A stretch of 56,586 bases of DNA from Candidatus Mediterraneibacter tabaqchaliae (lineage in GTDB: Bacteria > Bacillota > Clostridia > Lachnospirales > Lachnospiraceae), in contig DWUV01000073.1 in NCBI GenBank assembly GCA_019120595.1, positions 1 through 56,586 on the forward strand. The letters are read 5' to 3'. The notes beneath the pieces are model-generated. The model made no database searches, was not told the DNA's origin, and worked only from the letters and a program-made list of their open reading frames with translations. The position numbers and the translations under genes are program-made. The stretch's first letter is position 1, and each line of letters opens with the position of its first letter. Shown here in pieces: positions 56,548 to 56,586 of this stretch.

Positions 56548-56586
56548 GGACTCCCCGGAGCGGAACCCCGAACATATCCTCCATCT

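Overview
Chromosomal window from a gut-type Firmicute (Clostridia/Lachnospiraceae-like, judged from gene content, sigma-A promoters, GGAGG RBSs and a T-box). The first ~30.5 kb is an array of five very large, co-oriented glycosidase genes: three GH95 alpha-L-fucosidase-like, one GH20 hexosaminidase and one GH89 alpha-N-acetylglucosaminidase. All five have signal peptides and end in the same ~205-aa helical (FIVAR-like) stalk module, an acidic linker and an AAKTG sortase-type tail. An Rpn/PD-(D/E)XK gene and an AraC regulator sit inside the array. Then follow two Gfo/Idh/MocA oxidoreductases, a GH25-LysM lysin, a hydCBA-type bifurcating [FeFe]-hydrogenase, a CDP-alcohol phosphatidyltransferase, a T-box-controlled trpEGDCFBA operon, PadR-DUF2812, MarR-YczE, a run of small accessory genes, pyk and a Uma2 nuclease. 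Signals the ORF track does not show: (i) the shared stalk module looks mosaic at DNA level and one enzyme body has a GC step at its junction, suggesting enzyme heads are swapped on a common anchor; (ii) one in-frame TAG separates the GH89 signal peptide from its body; (iii) an ATGTCGG motif lies 38-39 bp before the -10 box of three array promoters; (iv) an unannotated Fst/par-like type I toxin-antitoxin locus; (v) a candidate ~150-nt sRNA with an anti-SD tract; (vi) an internal RBS in the Rpn gene, consistent with a gene-within-gene antitoxin; (vii) several microhomology deletion/duplication scars. All calls come from reading the sequence; no searches were run.
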